Both the position numbers and the translations under genes were made by a program. Of a stretch of DNA of 46,461 nt, positions 5,963 to 15,110 are shown piece after piece. How positions within the stretch are numbered: the stretch's first letter is position 1; the number at the start of each line of letters is the position of its first letter. The stretch covers positions 1 to 46,461 of the IMG/VR virus record IMGVR_UViG_3300038673_000301; one strand, 5' to 3'. Source of the stretch: a virus (lineage: Duplodnaviria > Caudoviricetes). The notes under the pieces were generated by a model, which was not told the origin of the DNA, did no database searches, and worked only from the letters and a program-made list of their open reading frames with translations.

Positions 5963-8785
5963 TTAAATTTTTCCACCGGACGCGATATACAGCGCGCATA
6001 GGTCCGGGCACATTTCTTTAATAGTCTGTGTCCTTATATAGCCCGCCCGCTGTTGAATTATTGAATTAACGTGATACAGCGACTTGGTGAAGTCATAATC
6101 TGTCTGTTTCTCAAATAGTTTAGCCAGTTGTGCCGGGTCGTGTATACCACTGTTATAAAATTCCCGGACTATGAAAATTCTCATCCAGTGTCCTTCCGGG
6201 CCCTCCAAACGCTGATTTATAGCCCAATTAAATATCGGCCGCGCCTGTCCGGGTATGACCGCTTCGACGGGTTCCTGCTCTTCGTCCGGATCCGGTTCAG
6301 GTACGAAACCGGATATATCAACTTCCCAAATAATTAATTTTTCAAAGTTTTCTACAAACTCACCATCGATAAAAATTTTGCTTTTGTTCCCGGTCTTGCG
6401 GTGTGTCGCGAACGGCAGCTTAACCAAATTACCGTATCCTTTGCGGCTTAGTTTCGTCTGCTTCGGGTAAACCTCACATTTAACACCGGCCGCCTTTATA
6501 ACCGCCCGGCCCCACGCGCGCGCCGTTTTCGCGTCTATCTTTTTCAGAATAACCCATATATGATAACTGTGGGGCGTGCCGGACGCTTCAAGGATATATG
6601 GAACATCGGCTTTATCCAGCGTGCCGCGCAACTTTGTTAAATCGTTTTCGGCCCGTGTAACTGTTTTTTTATAGTCGGCCTCGGTGTCCTCTTCCTTCCG
6701 GTGTGCATCAATGTCAAAACACACCCAACGCACCATGTTTTTATTATCAAGTGTGTACGCACCTATTGTTATTTTGCCGGCTATATGGTTATCTATCAAA
6801 GTTTCGGTTATTGGTGCCGACACTTTAAAAAAACTTCCATTGATGCCCTGCTCTGCATAAACATCAGTACGCGAAAGTAACACGAATAGCAGTTCTCTTG
6901 GTAAATATATTTCATCTGAAATTTTTAAATTTATCCCTATAGAATAATATATAGGGACGTTTTTTAAAATTTCAGATGAACTATATTTATTCTGTTTGTG
7001 TTTGACTGCCTTTTCAACCATATCATTAAAGCCGGCGCATCTTGATATTTGCGGCTTTGTAATTTCTTTTGAAGTGTTCACCGCCGAACACCGCCGGAAA
7101 TCGCCTTCCGTGTTAGAAATATCACACATTCTCCCAAAGCCCCACGTTACAAAATTAACGCATTTTTCATACGTGCAGCCAAAAGCAAATACAAGCGACG
7201 GTTCCACGCCGGCCGGGTCCTTAACCCGCGACCACGCCTGCCAAGTATCACTATGCACAGCCTCTTCTCTGAGAATCAAGGCTTCGTCGTGTGTTTCACA
7301 CAACACATCGAAAGCATTGGACGGTTTTTCGGCCGCGCCCACGGCAATCATAACCCTGCAATTCGACGCGACGCCCATTGTTTCAGGTGCTTTATAGTAC
7401 GTGACCGCGTGCGGGTGCCCACAATTTTTAAGCCCTTCCTGCAACAGCCGGGCCTCTTTTATGGACATTGTAATTATAATACAGTCGTCGTCGCCGTACA
7501 TTTCCAAAACCCTTATGATTTTGTCCATCACTTCGGTACTCTTTTTGTAAAGTGAGTTGCGGCCAATCGTGCCAAAGTTCTTTGTGTCGGCCAATATCAA
7601 CATTTTTCTATTTGTCTGCATCGGGTCGCCCTGATACCCGAACATAATATCTTTAATCTGTGTGCCCGGCATGAAATAAAGATTTTTATAATCGTGGCTG
7701 CAGATGGTCGCCGACGTTAAAATAATCCGCTTATCTTTATTTTGTATGGAATATATAAAAGATTGAATAGAATCTTGGAACATTTTATCGACGGCGGTTA
7801 GCATCGCCTTTATTTCGCCGCCTTCCCGGATAGCGTTTATTTGTATTTGTTCACTTGCCAGAATGTTCATCATTTTATATATTTGTAGTATGTCGTCCAT
7901 TGACAGTCCATACTTTCTTCTGTTCTCCGTTAAAGTTATTATTTCGTTATAACACGCAACAATTTCTTTTTCTGTCAGGTCACTGTATGAATTTTTAAAG
8001 GTTTTTGATAGTTTCCGTTTAAAAAATTCCGGGTCTATTGAATCCATATAAACTAACATTATACCGTTTTTTATAGTGTCGTCCTGCACCAACAGATAAA
8101 AATTACTAACTACCTTCCGTATTTCTTTAAAATCGTCGGCCGCCGGCACGAACTTTTCGAGTTTAAGCCACTTATCCACGTTCTTTTCATTGTCGTAAAC
8201 ACATATCGATTCGGTCCGCCCATATTGAATTTCGTGTATCTCATCGAAAACCACGTTCCGGGCCGTTGATATTTTTTCGATTATGCGTTCTGCTGTGGTG
8301 TTCGGCCGGCTTCCGCTTGCTATCATCAAAGCAACCAGCTTTTGATAGGTTAGGGCCACGCCCTGAAATTTTGCATTGTGTAAAATACTTGTTACCGGGC
8401 ACGAATAATAATATTCACAATCTGCACATTTTTCGGCCAAAGGCAAAATAGGCAACCGTTTAAGGTCCGGGCACACCATACACCTTTCTTCGTTTTTTAG
8501 ACAGTTGTGATTAGATGGTATGTGTATAACATTCTCGTGCTTGCCGGCCATATCTGAAAACTTAACGGCGTCTTTTATAACCGTGTCGTCTGCAATCCTG
8601 TTTGTGGGTACAAGAACTAAAAAACTTTCGTTTCTATTGATACTTTCGGCTATTAGCGCCGTTGTGGCCCCGGCCCGCGTGGTCTTATAGGTTATCAGCA
8701 CGCCGGTTTCATAGGTTTCATAAATCCCGTGCGCCGTCAGTAAACGCGGGTCCGTGTTTATAACTTTTTCAATTGTTAAAACCAG
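5963..8785 (-). CDS. Replication protein: SF2 helicase-like domain + archaeo-eukaryotic primase (AEP) + PriL/PriX-like C-terminus
   Basis: VVFDEIH (DExH), ILTSAT, QAWSRV; AEP motifs WVCFDID, EASG..SYHIWV, EVYPKQ, GNLVKLPF; C-terminal GHWMR..DYD. The frame is open upstream of the GTG at 8701 to a CTG at 8785 preceded by an RBS. Confidence 0.85.
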   Translation of the reverse strand: MVLTIEKVINTDPRLLTAHGIYETYETGVLITYKTTRAGATTALIAESINRNESFLVLVPTNRIADDTVIKDAVKFSDMAGKHENVIHIPSNHNCLKNEERCMVCPDLKRLPILPLAEKCADCEYYYSCPVTSILHNAKFQGVALTYQKLVALMIASGSRPNTTAERIIEKISTARNVVFDEIHEIQYGRTESICVYDNEKNVDKWLKLEKFVPAADDFKEIRKVVSNFYLLVQDDTIKNGIMLVYMDSIDPEFFKRKLSKTFKNSYSDLTEKEIVACYNEIITLTENRRKYGLSMDDILQIYKMMNILASEQIQINAIREGGEIKAMLTAVDKMFQDSIQSFIYSIQNKDKRIILTSATICSHDYKNLYFMPGTQIKDIMFGYQGDPMQTNRKMLILADTKNFGTIGRNSLYKKSTEVMDKIIRVLEMYGDDDCIIITMSIKEARLLQEGLKNCGHPHAVTYYKAPETMGVASNCRVMIAVGAAEKPSNAFDVLCETHDEALILREEAVHSDTWQAWSRVKDPAGVEPSLVFAFGCTYEKCVNFVTWGFGRMCDISNTEGDFRRCSAVNTSKEITKPQISRCAGFNDMVEKAVKHKQNKYSSSEILKNVPIYYSIGINLKISDEIYLPRELLFVLLSRTDVYAEQGINGSFFKVSAPITETLIDNHIAGKITIGAYTLDNKNMVRWVCFDIDAHRKEEDTEADYKKTVTRAENDLTKLRGTLDKADVPYILEASGTPHSYHIWVILKKIDAKTARAWGRAVIKAAGVKCEVYPKQTKLSRKGYGNLVKLPFATHRKTGNKSKIFIDGEFVENFEKLIIWEVDISGFVPEPDPDEEQEPVEAVIPGQARPIFNWAINQRLEGPEGHWMRIFIVREFYNSGIHDPAQLAKLFEKQTDYDFTKSLYHVNSIIQQRAGYIRTQTIKEMCPDLCALYIASGGKI
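6911..6980. repeat. 70-bp imperfect palindrome, copy A (inside the helicase-primase gene); candidate origin or recombination site
   Basis: TTCATCTGAAATTTT...AAAATTTCAGATGAA with core TCCCTATA-N8-TATAGGGA; 67/70 identical to the reverse complement of 15111-15180. Confidence 0.9.
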
Positions 8786-8823
8786 TTTAAAACGCCCCCG
8801 TTGTTCTAAGATACGCCACGTTC

Positions 8824-8840
8824 TTATTTAACGGTTTGCT
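8824..8840 (-). promoter_or_regulatory. Putative promoter of the replication operon
   Basis: Minus strand AGCAAACCGTTAAATAA, about 40 bp upstream of the CTG start. Confidence 0.45.
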
Positions 8841-8990
8841 GTGTACGTTTTTGTTTGTTCCGGTTTAAAATTCTAATACCTTTATAGAAATGCAGCAACC
8901 ACGATCGGGAAACTTCTTTACGTGGCCTGCCTTTAAAATTTAGGCTATAAAACCGCTTTTTAATGGTCCTGTACTTATTCAATCTTGTTA

Positions 8991-9206
8991 TTATATCACC
9001 CTGTAATAATCCTTTAAATCACGATAAAAAACATAGCATGTCGCACACTGTCCCATAGCACCGGGCATTGGGCAGCATGTTACCGTTGCTTTTTTTACAA
9101 TGTTGTGGACCGGGCACCATATATAACCTTTTTCATAAAGTTTAAAAACATCATAGAATTTTATCAGTCCGCCGTCCATGCATTTTTCAAACTTCCTTAT
9201 GTTCAA
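8991..9206 (-). CDS. Small Cys-rich hypothetical protein
   Basis: WCPVH...CC...CATC. Confidence 0.55.
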   Translation of the reverse strand: MNIRKFEKCMDGGLIKFYDVFKLYEKGYIWCPVHNIVKKATVTCCPMPGAMGQCATCYVFYRDLKDYYRVI

Positions 9207-9229
9207 ACGAATCTTTCATGCCCCCGCTA

Positions 9230-9297
9230 TCATTTCGTTTCTAAGGCACTTTTTAAGCCCGACACGGCATTTTACCCCCGGTTAATAGAAATATACC
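9230..9297 (+). repeat. Intergenic repeat family, copy R1
   Basis: TCATTTCGTTT..TTTTAAGCCCrACACGGCATTTTrCCCCC..AATAGAAAyATA shared with 44304-44370; TAAGGCACTTTTTA shared with 14853. Confidence 0.75.
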
Positions 9298-9302
9298 GAC
9301 CC

Positions 9303-9467
9303 TCATTTGTCCGGCTCTCTCCGTGGTTCTGTATGCTTTGTCGGGCCTAATCTATAAGGATATAGCAAGCACTTTTCCGACGTACACCGTTCAACTTCCG
9401 CGTAACTCCCCACACAATTTTTACAATGTCGGTGAATCACCTTTAACAACGAATTAACAGTTATCAT
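9303..9467 (-). CDS. Small Cys-rich phage protein (54 aa)
   Basis: Manual translation ...IHRHCKNCVGSYAEVERCTSEKCLLYPYRLG..., a CxxC...EVxxC...CxLYPYRxG pattern common in viruses. Confidence 0.7.
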   Translation of the reverse strand: MITVNSLLKVIHRHCKNCVGSYAEVERCTSEKCLLYPYRLGPTKHTEPRREPDK

Positions 9468-9480
9468 TTTTTAATATACC

Positions 9481-9585
9481 CCCCGTTTTTTAGCCCCGTA
9501 AACCACACAAAAAGCCGGGCAATACTAACACACCACCCCGGCCATAAAAACGCCGTGTTGGGCCTCTGGCTCAATCGTCGGGCCC
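9481..9585 (+). repeat. Intergenic repeat family, copy R2 (degenerate)
   Basis: TTTTTAGCCC..AATACTAACACACC..ATAAAA.C.CCGT..GGCTCAATC..GGCCC, collinear with 14853-14959. Confidence 0.55.
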
Positions 9586-9784
9586 GTTTGGCTCATCGTA
9601 ATAGTACGGGCTTTCGTCGTTTGTCTGTGTACTGTCAAACAATATTTGGTTATATGCTTCAAAGGTCCCCGGCTCTTCGGTCCGGCCAAAAATCAGATTG
9701 TGCAGCCATTTAAAAAAACCCATGTTCATAAACTCCTATTCTTTTTTTCGCTATTTCTAAATATTCTTTTTCAATACGGTCATT

Positions 9785-10429
9785 TTACAACATCCCGAAC
9801 GGCTCGTTTAAAAGATTGCAGTCAAAGAAAACTTCTTTATAATGATAACGTAACCATTGCCGGTTGGCCCATTCCATTTTTTTTACAGCCCCGGCCCGGT
9901 CGCCGCACCACATTATAAAAACCTTATAATCATATCGCGGCCCGATGCTATTTGCCAACGCATACCGCGACGCCAACGACGCGCCCCGCTGGCCCGCCGG
10001 TTTATAGTTTAAAAATTTATCTACAGTACATTCCGCCCCGATTACCATATAAGAACACCGGGGGTCGTCGATGGCCCGCTGACATTCGTTTTTGAATCGG
10101 TCCATATCATAAATAAGCGTGTTGTATAAATCGCTTTTTTCTTTGCGTTCCCAAAAAACACCCGTCTGCAACGGTTTAAGCGTTTTTTTATTCATGTAAT
10201 ACGGCAAAAAACAATGATAGTCGCCCGTTTGTTCAAACCCGGTCGCGTCCTTCCTCTGCATTTTGCGCATCTGCTGGCCGGTTTCCTCTTCGGTATACGG
10301 GTATTTTTCGTTGGCCGCGTATTCGTAATAAATGGGCACCGACCGCGCCCATTCTCTTAAATGTGTTACTGGCTCGAAGCCTATTGATTCCCTTATAAGT
10401 TCGTCGCGGTCGCGCCAACCATACGCCAT
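9785..10429 (-). CDS. ERCC4/XPF-like structure-specific nuclease
   Basis: NEKYP, TGDY, WERKEKSDL (ERKxxxD), RFKNECQR. Confidence 0.75.
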   Translation of the reverse strand: MAYGWRDRDELIRESIGFEPVTHLREWARSVPIYYEYAANEKYPYTEEETGQQMRKMQRKDATGFEQTGDYHCFLPYYMNKKTLKPLQTGVFWERKEKSDLYNTLIYDMDRFKNECQRAIDDPRCSYMVIGAECTVDKFLNYKPAGQRGASLASRYALANSIGPRYDYKVFIMWCGDRAGAVKKMEWANRQWLRYHYKEVFFDCNLLNEPFGML

Positions 10430-10572
10430 TATAATTCCCGCCGGATAATGATATAAACCCGGTCCATACGGTCTTCGATTTTTGTGACCCGCGCCAGAAT
10501 TTCCTCAAGAAGTTCTTTTTCTGTCGGTTCCGGTTTGGGTCGCGGCATTCCAATTGTTGCTTCTTCGGTCAC
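10429..10572 (-). CDS. Small coiled-coil protein (47 aa)
   Basis: Manual translation ..TEKELLEEILARVTKIEDRMDRV..; TAATG overlap with the nuclease gene. Confidence 0.45.
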   Translation of the reverse strand: MTEEATIGMPRPKPEPTEKELLEEILARVTKIEDRMDRVYIIIRREL

Positions 10573-10724
10573 TTTTTCACTTCCTCACAAAATGTTCTTA
10601 TTGCTGTAAAAATCTTCCACGTTTCATATCTTAATTTCCGTGGTTTCTCCATGTAAATTTCTGTTATTTCCTTCGCTGCTTCCTCTGAAACTTCTATAAA
10701 AAGTTTTATTTCCTTCGCCCCCTC

Positions 10725-11066
10725 TCACCTTCCGCCTGCAGCCGCTTCTTTATACCGTCTGAACTTTCCGGTTTCCCGATCGTATATTATAAGTTCCGCG
10801 CCCCACTGCCACACATTGTCGGTATATTTCGGCCACGGCAGCAATGATGATTCCCATTTGCCCCCGTGCCGGCCGACCGCTGTTATAACTTCGTTAAGTT
10901 CTTCTAAGTCTACAACGTCGGTTGTTAGCGCCTGCAACTCTGTTAAAAAAACGTCCCGTGTTAAAAGGTAGTTTTCTTTTTCCCGCGCCAAGATTTCTTC
11001 AATTTCCGCTATCCGCTGTTTTATGTCGCCCTTTGCGTTTTCCATTTCTACCACTTCCCGGCCCAA
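10725..11066 (-). CDS. Hypothetical protein with N-terminal coiled coil
   Basis: 113-aa ORF; probable ATG at 11045 after GGAAGTGG. Confidence 0.65.
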   Translation of the reverse strand: MGREVVEMENAKGDIKQRIAEIEEILAREKENYLLTRDVFLTELQALTTDVVDLEELNEVITAVGRHGGKWESSLLPWPKYTDNVWQWGAELIIYDRETGKFRRYKEAAAGGR

Positions 11067-11243
11067 ATTCTTTTGAAAAGTCTGCTCGCTTAACTTTTTG
11101 CATTCGTTTAATCTACCCCCGTGTATAAATAATCTTCCTCTGTTGGTGTCGGCCGTGTTTCCCGTGCTTTCCTTTCCAAAACATCAACGCGTTTCCGCAA
11201 CGCGGATAACTCGGCCGTTATATAGTCCAGCCTATCAAGTCTA

Positions 11244-11477
11244 TTAACCTGTGTCAATATCAGCACCCCCGTACAACTCTACGTCGTCGTTTACCCCCGC
11301 GCCGAGTTTTTTTAGTATGTATTCCATAGCCGCCTTCGGTTCACATGGGCCGCTCGTGTCCTGTGCATGTTCACATATAGCACATTCCCGGCACGCACAG
11401 CCGGCCGCCAGTATTCCGAGTACGCGGTGTTTTTCACGCCGCCCCATTTCGTCTATTTGCTCTTTCGTCGGTATCAT
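11244..11477 (-). CDS. Cys-rich hypothetical protein
   Basis: CACRECAIC...C; ATGA overlap. Confidence 0.6.
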   Translation of the reverse strand: MIPTKEQIDEMGRREKHRVLGILAAGCACRECAICEHAQDTSGPCEPKAAMEYILKKLGAGVNDDVELYGGADIDTG

Positions 11478-11749
11478 TCCACATCGTCACCTTCCACACT
11501 TAGTTCAAGTGTTTTATACGCAAGCACTTTATAAAAAGTTTCGTATCGTGGTATCCAGCCATGTGCCCGGTCGTCGTCCCGGCCGTTCTCATAAAAAACA
11601 AATGCGAATTTCCCGGCCCCGCGTTCCTCTATGTGCCCCACTTCGGCCACGCGGCGGCCCATCAATATTTTATCGCCTTCCTGCAACTTAAACGCCGGTA
11701 TTACTGCAACGTGCGCGAATATAACCGGCTCATCTATTATCTGTTTCAT
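11474..11749 (-). CDS. Hypothetical protein (SH3-like beta barrel possible)
   Basis: PAFKLQEGDKILM..VAEV pattern; RBS GGGGG. Confidence 0.65.
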   Translation of the reverse strand: MKQIIDEPVIFAHVAVIPAFKLQEGDKILMGRRVAEVGHIEERGAGKFAFVFYENGRDDDRAHGWIPRYETFYKVLAYKTLELSVEGDDVE

Positions 11750-11870
11750 TGTGCCCCCGTTCCAACGCGCGCCGTATCTTGATTAATTCGCGCAGCGTGA
11801 TCACACATGTAAAAAAAATCGCGCAAAACGCGAACAAACCAACGGCAGACAATTCTATATAAAGTGTCAT
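11730..11870 (-). CDS. Small membrane protein (46 aa)
   Basis: Manual translation MTLYIELSAVGLFAFCAIFFTCVITLRELIKIRR; GGAGG RBS. Confidence 0.55.
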   Translation of the reverse strand: MTLYIELSAVGLFAFCAIFFTCVITLRELIKIRRALERGHNETDNR

Positions 11871-11873
11871 GGT

Positions 11874-12068
11874 TCAACACCTCCACAAAAACTCTAAATC
11901 GTCGTCTATAATGGCCGTTACAGTGTTGTCTAATACAAGCATAACGGCGTCGGGCGGCACGAACCACGATGTAAAATCTATTTCACGGCCCGCCGCCGTA
12001 AGCCCGCGCCCGGTTTCATCGTCTTTTGTGGCTATCCAGTAGTGCCCGGTTCGCTCAATCGTCGTCAT
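11874..12068 (-). CDS. Hypothetical protein
   Basis: ATG at 12068 (MTTIERTGHYW) after GAGGTG. Confidence 0.6.
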   Translation of the reverse strand: MTTIERTGHYWIATKDDETGRGLTAAGREIDFTSWFVPPDAVMLVLDNTVTAIIDDDLEFLWRC

Positions 12069-12276
12069 TGTCAAACACCTCATCCAAACATTTTTGACAC
12101 ATTCCCGAAATAGTGTATTCCTTTTTGTCTTGTTCGGTCCTGAAGTCACTTTCTACAATTCTTTTTCTACACGTTGGACAAAAACCAGCTTTTATGTCAT
12201 CAACGCAATTTGGATATATAAGCCGGGCAAACTCCCATCGGTCGGGGCATTTGTCAAAATCGGGTTTTATAAGCAT
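12055..12276 (-). CDS. Zinc-finger hypothetical protein
   Basis: CPTC...EYTISGMCQKC. Confidence 0.7.
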   Translation of the reverse strand: MLIKPDFDKCPDRWEFARLIYPNCVDDIKAGFCPTCRKRIVESDFRTEQDKKEYTISGMCQKCLDEVFDNDDD

Positions 12277-12485
12277 TATTCCACCCCCGCCGCCGCAAGC
12301 CTTATAAGCGCGCTGTCTATGTCACCTATCAACATTTCGGCCATTTCGCTTTCGGCCCCGTTGGAAACACCCACGCTTAAACATTTCCGTAGCTGTGTAA
12401 GCGCCCGGACAACTTCTTCCCGGTCAATGTTGAAAACAACCTCGAACCGTATTCCATCAATACTCATGCGTGCGCCGCCTCCCAT
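12276..12485 (-). CDS. Hypothetical protein
   Basis: Probable start MSIDG after GGAGG; TAATG coupling. Confidence 0.6.
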   Translation of the reverse strand: MGGGARMSIDGIRFEVVFNIDREEVVRALTQLRKCLSVGVSNGAESEMAEMLIGDIDSALIRLAAAGVE

Positions 12486-12627
12486 GCTTTTTTAGCTGTG
12501 TTATAACATTGCCGGCACAAATACTTACCCGGCCCACACGGGTTTCTGTAATAATCGTGTTCTCTGTCACATCTGGCACATTGCCAAACCGGTTTGTTTC
12601 CGTTCATACCGGGTTCGTTCTCATCGT

Positions 12628-12837
12628 TCATTCAAAATGCCTCCTTATACTAATATCCTCTATGTGCTGCATGTATTCGACAAAATCCAACAGCGACATA
12701 CTACTATAAAATAAATTAAATTCGTAGTATATCCGGGCCCGTTCTGCAAGACCCGCCGCGTCATACGGCTTTATATATTGCCTTATTAAAGTGGGTTCAA
12801 TCAAAGCCATTAAGGCTTCTTGCGTGTATTCCGGCAC
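12628..12837 (-). CDS. Hypothetical protein
   Basis: GTG start after GGAGG. Confidence 0.6.
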   Translation of the reverse strand: MPEYTQEALMALIEPTLIRQYIKPYDAAGLAERARIYYEFNLFYSSMSLLDFVEYMQHIEDISIRRHFE

Positions 12838-12879
12838 TGTATCGCCTCCGGTTTTTACTAGCTTGTTATCTCTGAATCC

Positions 12880-13212
12880 TCATGTGTAACCCTCGATCGG
12901 TTCGTATGGTATCGCCTTTATATCGTCGGTCCCGTCGTCGTCCGGGTCGTCGGTGTTTTCCATTAACATTTCAATCATAACCACGCCGCAAATAACAGCA
13001 TAAGCAAATGCCATCGCCTTCTTTCCGAATTTATCATATACCCGGCACAACATCGTAAATTTATCATCTTCTATGGTGTACTGTTCCATTAAAAATTCAA
13101 TAATTTCGTCGGTGTTGTCGGGTGCCAGCCCCTCACACACAAATTTATTATCAGATGTGACATATAACCGCTTGCCCGGACTTATTTTTAACTGTTTTAT
13201 AATCGTGGACAT
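12880..13212 (-). CDS. Hypothetical protein; N-terminus weakly similar to the 540-1648 paralogs
   Basis: IIKQLKI...LYVTSD. Confidence 0.65.
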   Translation of the reverse strand: MSTIIKQLKISPGKRLYVTSDNKFVCEGLAPDNTDEIIEFLMEQYTIEDDKFTMLCRVYDKFGKKAMAFAYAVICGVVMIEMLMENTDDPDDDGTDDIKAIPYEPIEGYT

Positions 13213-13227
13213 TGTAAACCCCTTTGA

Positions 13228-13260
13228 TAAAAAAACAGCCGGGTTATATTAAACCCGGCC
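13228..13260 (-). terminator. Hairpin plus oligo-T terminator-like element
   Basis: Minus strand GCCGGGTT-TAATAT-AACCCGGC-TGTTTTTTT at the end of the 13244 gene. Confidence 0.5.
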
Positions 13261-13534
13261 GAGCCATTTTAATCATGTCGTACATAGCCTCTGCTATCGC
13301 AATGCCGGCCAAAACGCCTTCTACATACTCTATATACACATCACCATATTTTTTATGTACATCTGATAAAGTATCAATTTTTGTGCGTGGTTCGTTGCCG
13401 GTCAAATCTGAAAAAACAAGCATGTCTATAGAATCACGGGCCGCCGCGTCTTTTTCACTTAGTCCCCACACAATAACATCGTTTATGGTTGTTATTACGC
13501 GCCCGTTATCAAGTTTAAGCGTCTGTTCTGTCAT
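13244..13534 (-). CDS. Hypothetical protein
   Basis: 96-aa ATG ORF in the operon. Confidence 0.65.
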   Translation of the reverse strand: MTEQTLKLDNGRVITTINDVIVWGLSEKDAAARDSIDMLVFSDLTGNEPRTKIDTLSDVHKKYGDVYIEYVEGVLAGIAIAEAMYDMIKMARPGLI

Positions 13535-13892
13535 CGTTTCTTGTCCCCGTTCCTTTTATAACTACCTTCTTTTCTGGCATCTCGGTTGATATCGAATTTA
13601 TGATGGCATCCAGCCGCCCGGCGTCGGATATTACCGCCAGTTTCATTTTTTTAGTTTCGTCGTCGAACTTTTTAAGATGTGTTTTAATGTAACTTTCTTT
13701 ATCAAGTCCACCGATGCTTTCCAGAAGGTCGCGTATGGTTAAACACATTAAAAAAAGTTCGCTTGTGGTGCTGTTATATTCTGCACCCAACGAACTTTTA
13801 AAAACTTTACGCTGTGCCGACCGGGCTGCTGATACGGTTTTTATGGCGTCCTGCACCGCCGGGCTAAACGCCGTATTATTCGCCCCCGGCAA
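13515..13892 (-). CDS. Hypothetical helical protein
   Basis: 125-aa ORF overlapping both neighbours. Confidence 0.6.
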   Translation of the reverse strand: MPGANNTAFSPAVQDAIKTVSAARSAQRKVFKSSLGAEYNSTTSELFLMCLTIRDLLESIGGLDKESYIKTHLKKFDDETKKMKLAVISDAGRLDAIINSISTEMPEKKVVIKGTGTRNDDRTDA

Positions 13893-14187
13893 TTCTTTTT
13901 ATAAATTCTTCCATTGTCTGACTAAAGAACTGCATCCCTAAAAAGAACCACACGGCCCGCTCGGTTATTTCGTCGCCGAGTTTTTCCTGTACCCGCAACA
14001 ATATGTCAATGGTTGCTTCATGCGCCCGCAGCCCCCCGGCGATAATTTCCGCCGTCGCCCGGTGGGTTTCTGGTGGCACCACGGCTTCGTAGTCCACGCC
14101 GCGTTCGGTTGCTTCTATCGTCCGGCCGTCTTTAAATATAACCTTTTTGCCTAATATGGCTTTTGTCCGTTCATCTATCTCTTCCAT
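13876..14187 (-). CDS. Hypothetical protein (start MEEID at 14187)
   Basis: GGAGG upstream of ATG 14187; the upstream part of the ORF-track call overlaps another gene. Confidence 0.6.
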   Translation of the reverse strand: MEEIDERTKAILGKKVIFKDGRTIEATERGVDYEAVVPPETHRATAEIIAGGLRAHEATIDILLRVQEKLGDEITERAVWFFLGMQFFSQTMEEFIKRIAGGE

Positions 14188-14422
14188 TACTTTCTGCCTC
14201 CATTTGCTGAATTTTATACACTGCACCCCGAAAACTTTGTATAGAACTTCCGGGCCATCTTCCCAAAGATTCGTCGATATCATCAAAACCCATCCGCAAA
14301 ACTTCGCGCGCATAATAAATAACTGCCTGTTGTATAGACAATTGATACTTTTCAAACATTGTTTTGATGTAGTCCGACGAAACATTAAAAAAAGTTTCGT
14401 TTTTCTCAATCATTGTTATCAC
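14171..14422 (-). CDS. Probable helix-turn-helix protein
   Basis: LSIQQAVIYYAREVLRMGFDDIDESLG..SIQSFRGAVYKI resembles a sigma region 4/LuxR-type HTH. Confidence 0.5.
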   Translation of the reverse strand: MITMIEKNETFFNVSSDYIKTMFEKYQLSIQQAVIYYAREVLRMGFDDIDESLGRWPGSSIQSFRGAVYKIQQMEAESNGRDR

Positions 14423-14745
14423 GTCCTGAAAACAAGCCGCTTTCCGGTCCAGCCGTCCTTCTCCATGTGGTCGTGTATCCTCTTCAGCCTGTCGCCGGCG
14501 CGTTCAATTATCGCAAGCATGGGCGGGATTTCGTCGGGGCCAAGTGTTTCTCCCTTCTTAATATAGAACTGTACGCCGTCCCGGCCCGTGATGGCCAGCC
14601 CGGTTCCGTCCTCGGTTGCGTAAACATTCGGCCGCCCCAATAGATACTCGGCCGGCAATTCGGACCGGTTAAGGGCCTTAATGGTTTCTACTCTGTACAT
14701 TCGTTTGTTGTTGTCGTATACCGACACAAAACCAACTTTCAACAT
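14419..14745 (-). CDS. Hypothetical protein, first gene of the operon
   Basis: ATG with AGGAGG RBS and a promoter upstream. Confidence 0.75.
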   Translation of the reverse strand: MLKVGFVSVYDNNKRMYRVETIKALNRSELPAEYLLGRPNVYATEDGTGLAITGRDGVQFYIKKGETLGPDEIPPMLAIIERAGDRLKRIHDHMEKDGWTGKRLVFRT

Positions 14746-14789
14746 ACTGTGCCTCCTTTTAGTAATACACTTTAAACTATAACAACATT

Positions 14790-14806
14790 GTATTTAAATG
14801 TTTGTG
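14790..14806 (-). promoter_or_regulatory. Archaeal promoter
   Basis: Minus strand CACAAACATTTAAATAC, about 45 bp upstream of ATG 14745. Confidence 0.55.
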
Positions 14807-14852
14807 TAATAGTCACAACATTTCACCGCGTCGCCCGCTTACATTTTAATTT

Positions 14853-14959
14853 TAAGGCACTTTTTATGCTCGTGGCTGCGTTCTACCCCCTTAGTAATAC
14901 AAACATACCAGCCACAAATAAAATCCCCGTACAAGTCGCCCGGCTCAATCCTACGGCCC
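14853..14959 (+). repeat. Intergenic repeat family, copy R3
   Basis: Left half matches R1 (TAAGGCACTTTTTA..TACCCCC..TAATAsAAAyATACC); right half matches R2 and R4. Confidence 0.7.
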
Positions 14960-15110
14960 ATATAACCCCCGGCACTAACGCCCCACACAGCCACAAAACG
15001 GCCGGGGTTTCCAGTGGAAACAAAGGTACTATATAAACTTTTTATAAAACCACAATTATAATTACATGCAACCAAACACGGGTGGGTTTTTTATTACATC
15101 ATAATTTTAA

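Noticed and set aside
6911-6980. Protelomerase (hairpin telomere) target
   Set aside because: No protelomerase-like gene is recognisable, the palindrome centre is asymmetric, and cutting copy A would destroy the rep gene. Not fully excluded.
10664-10718. 13-bp direct repeat TTATTTCCTTCGC
   Set aside because: Only two copies, within probable small coding sequence, with no further support.
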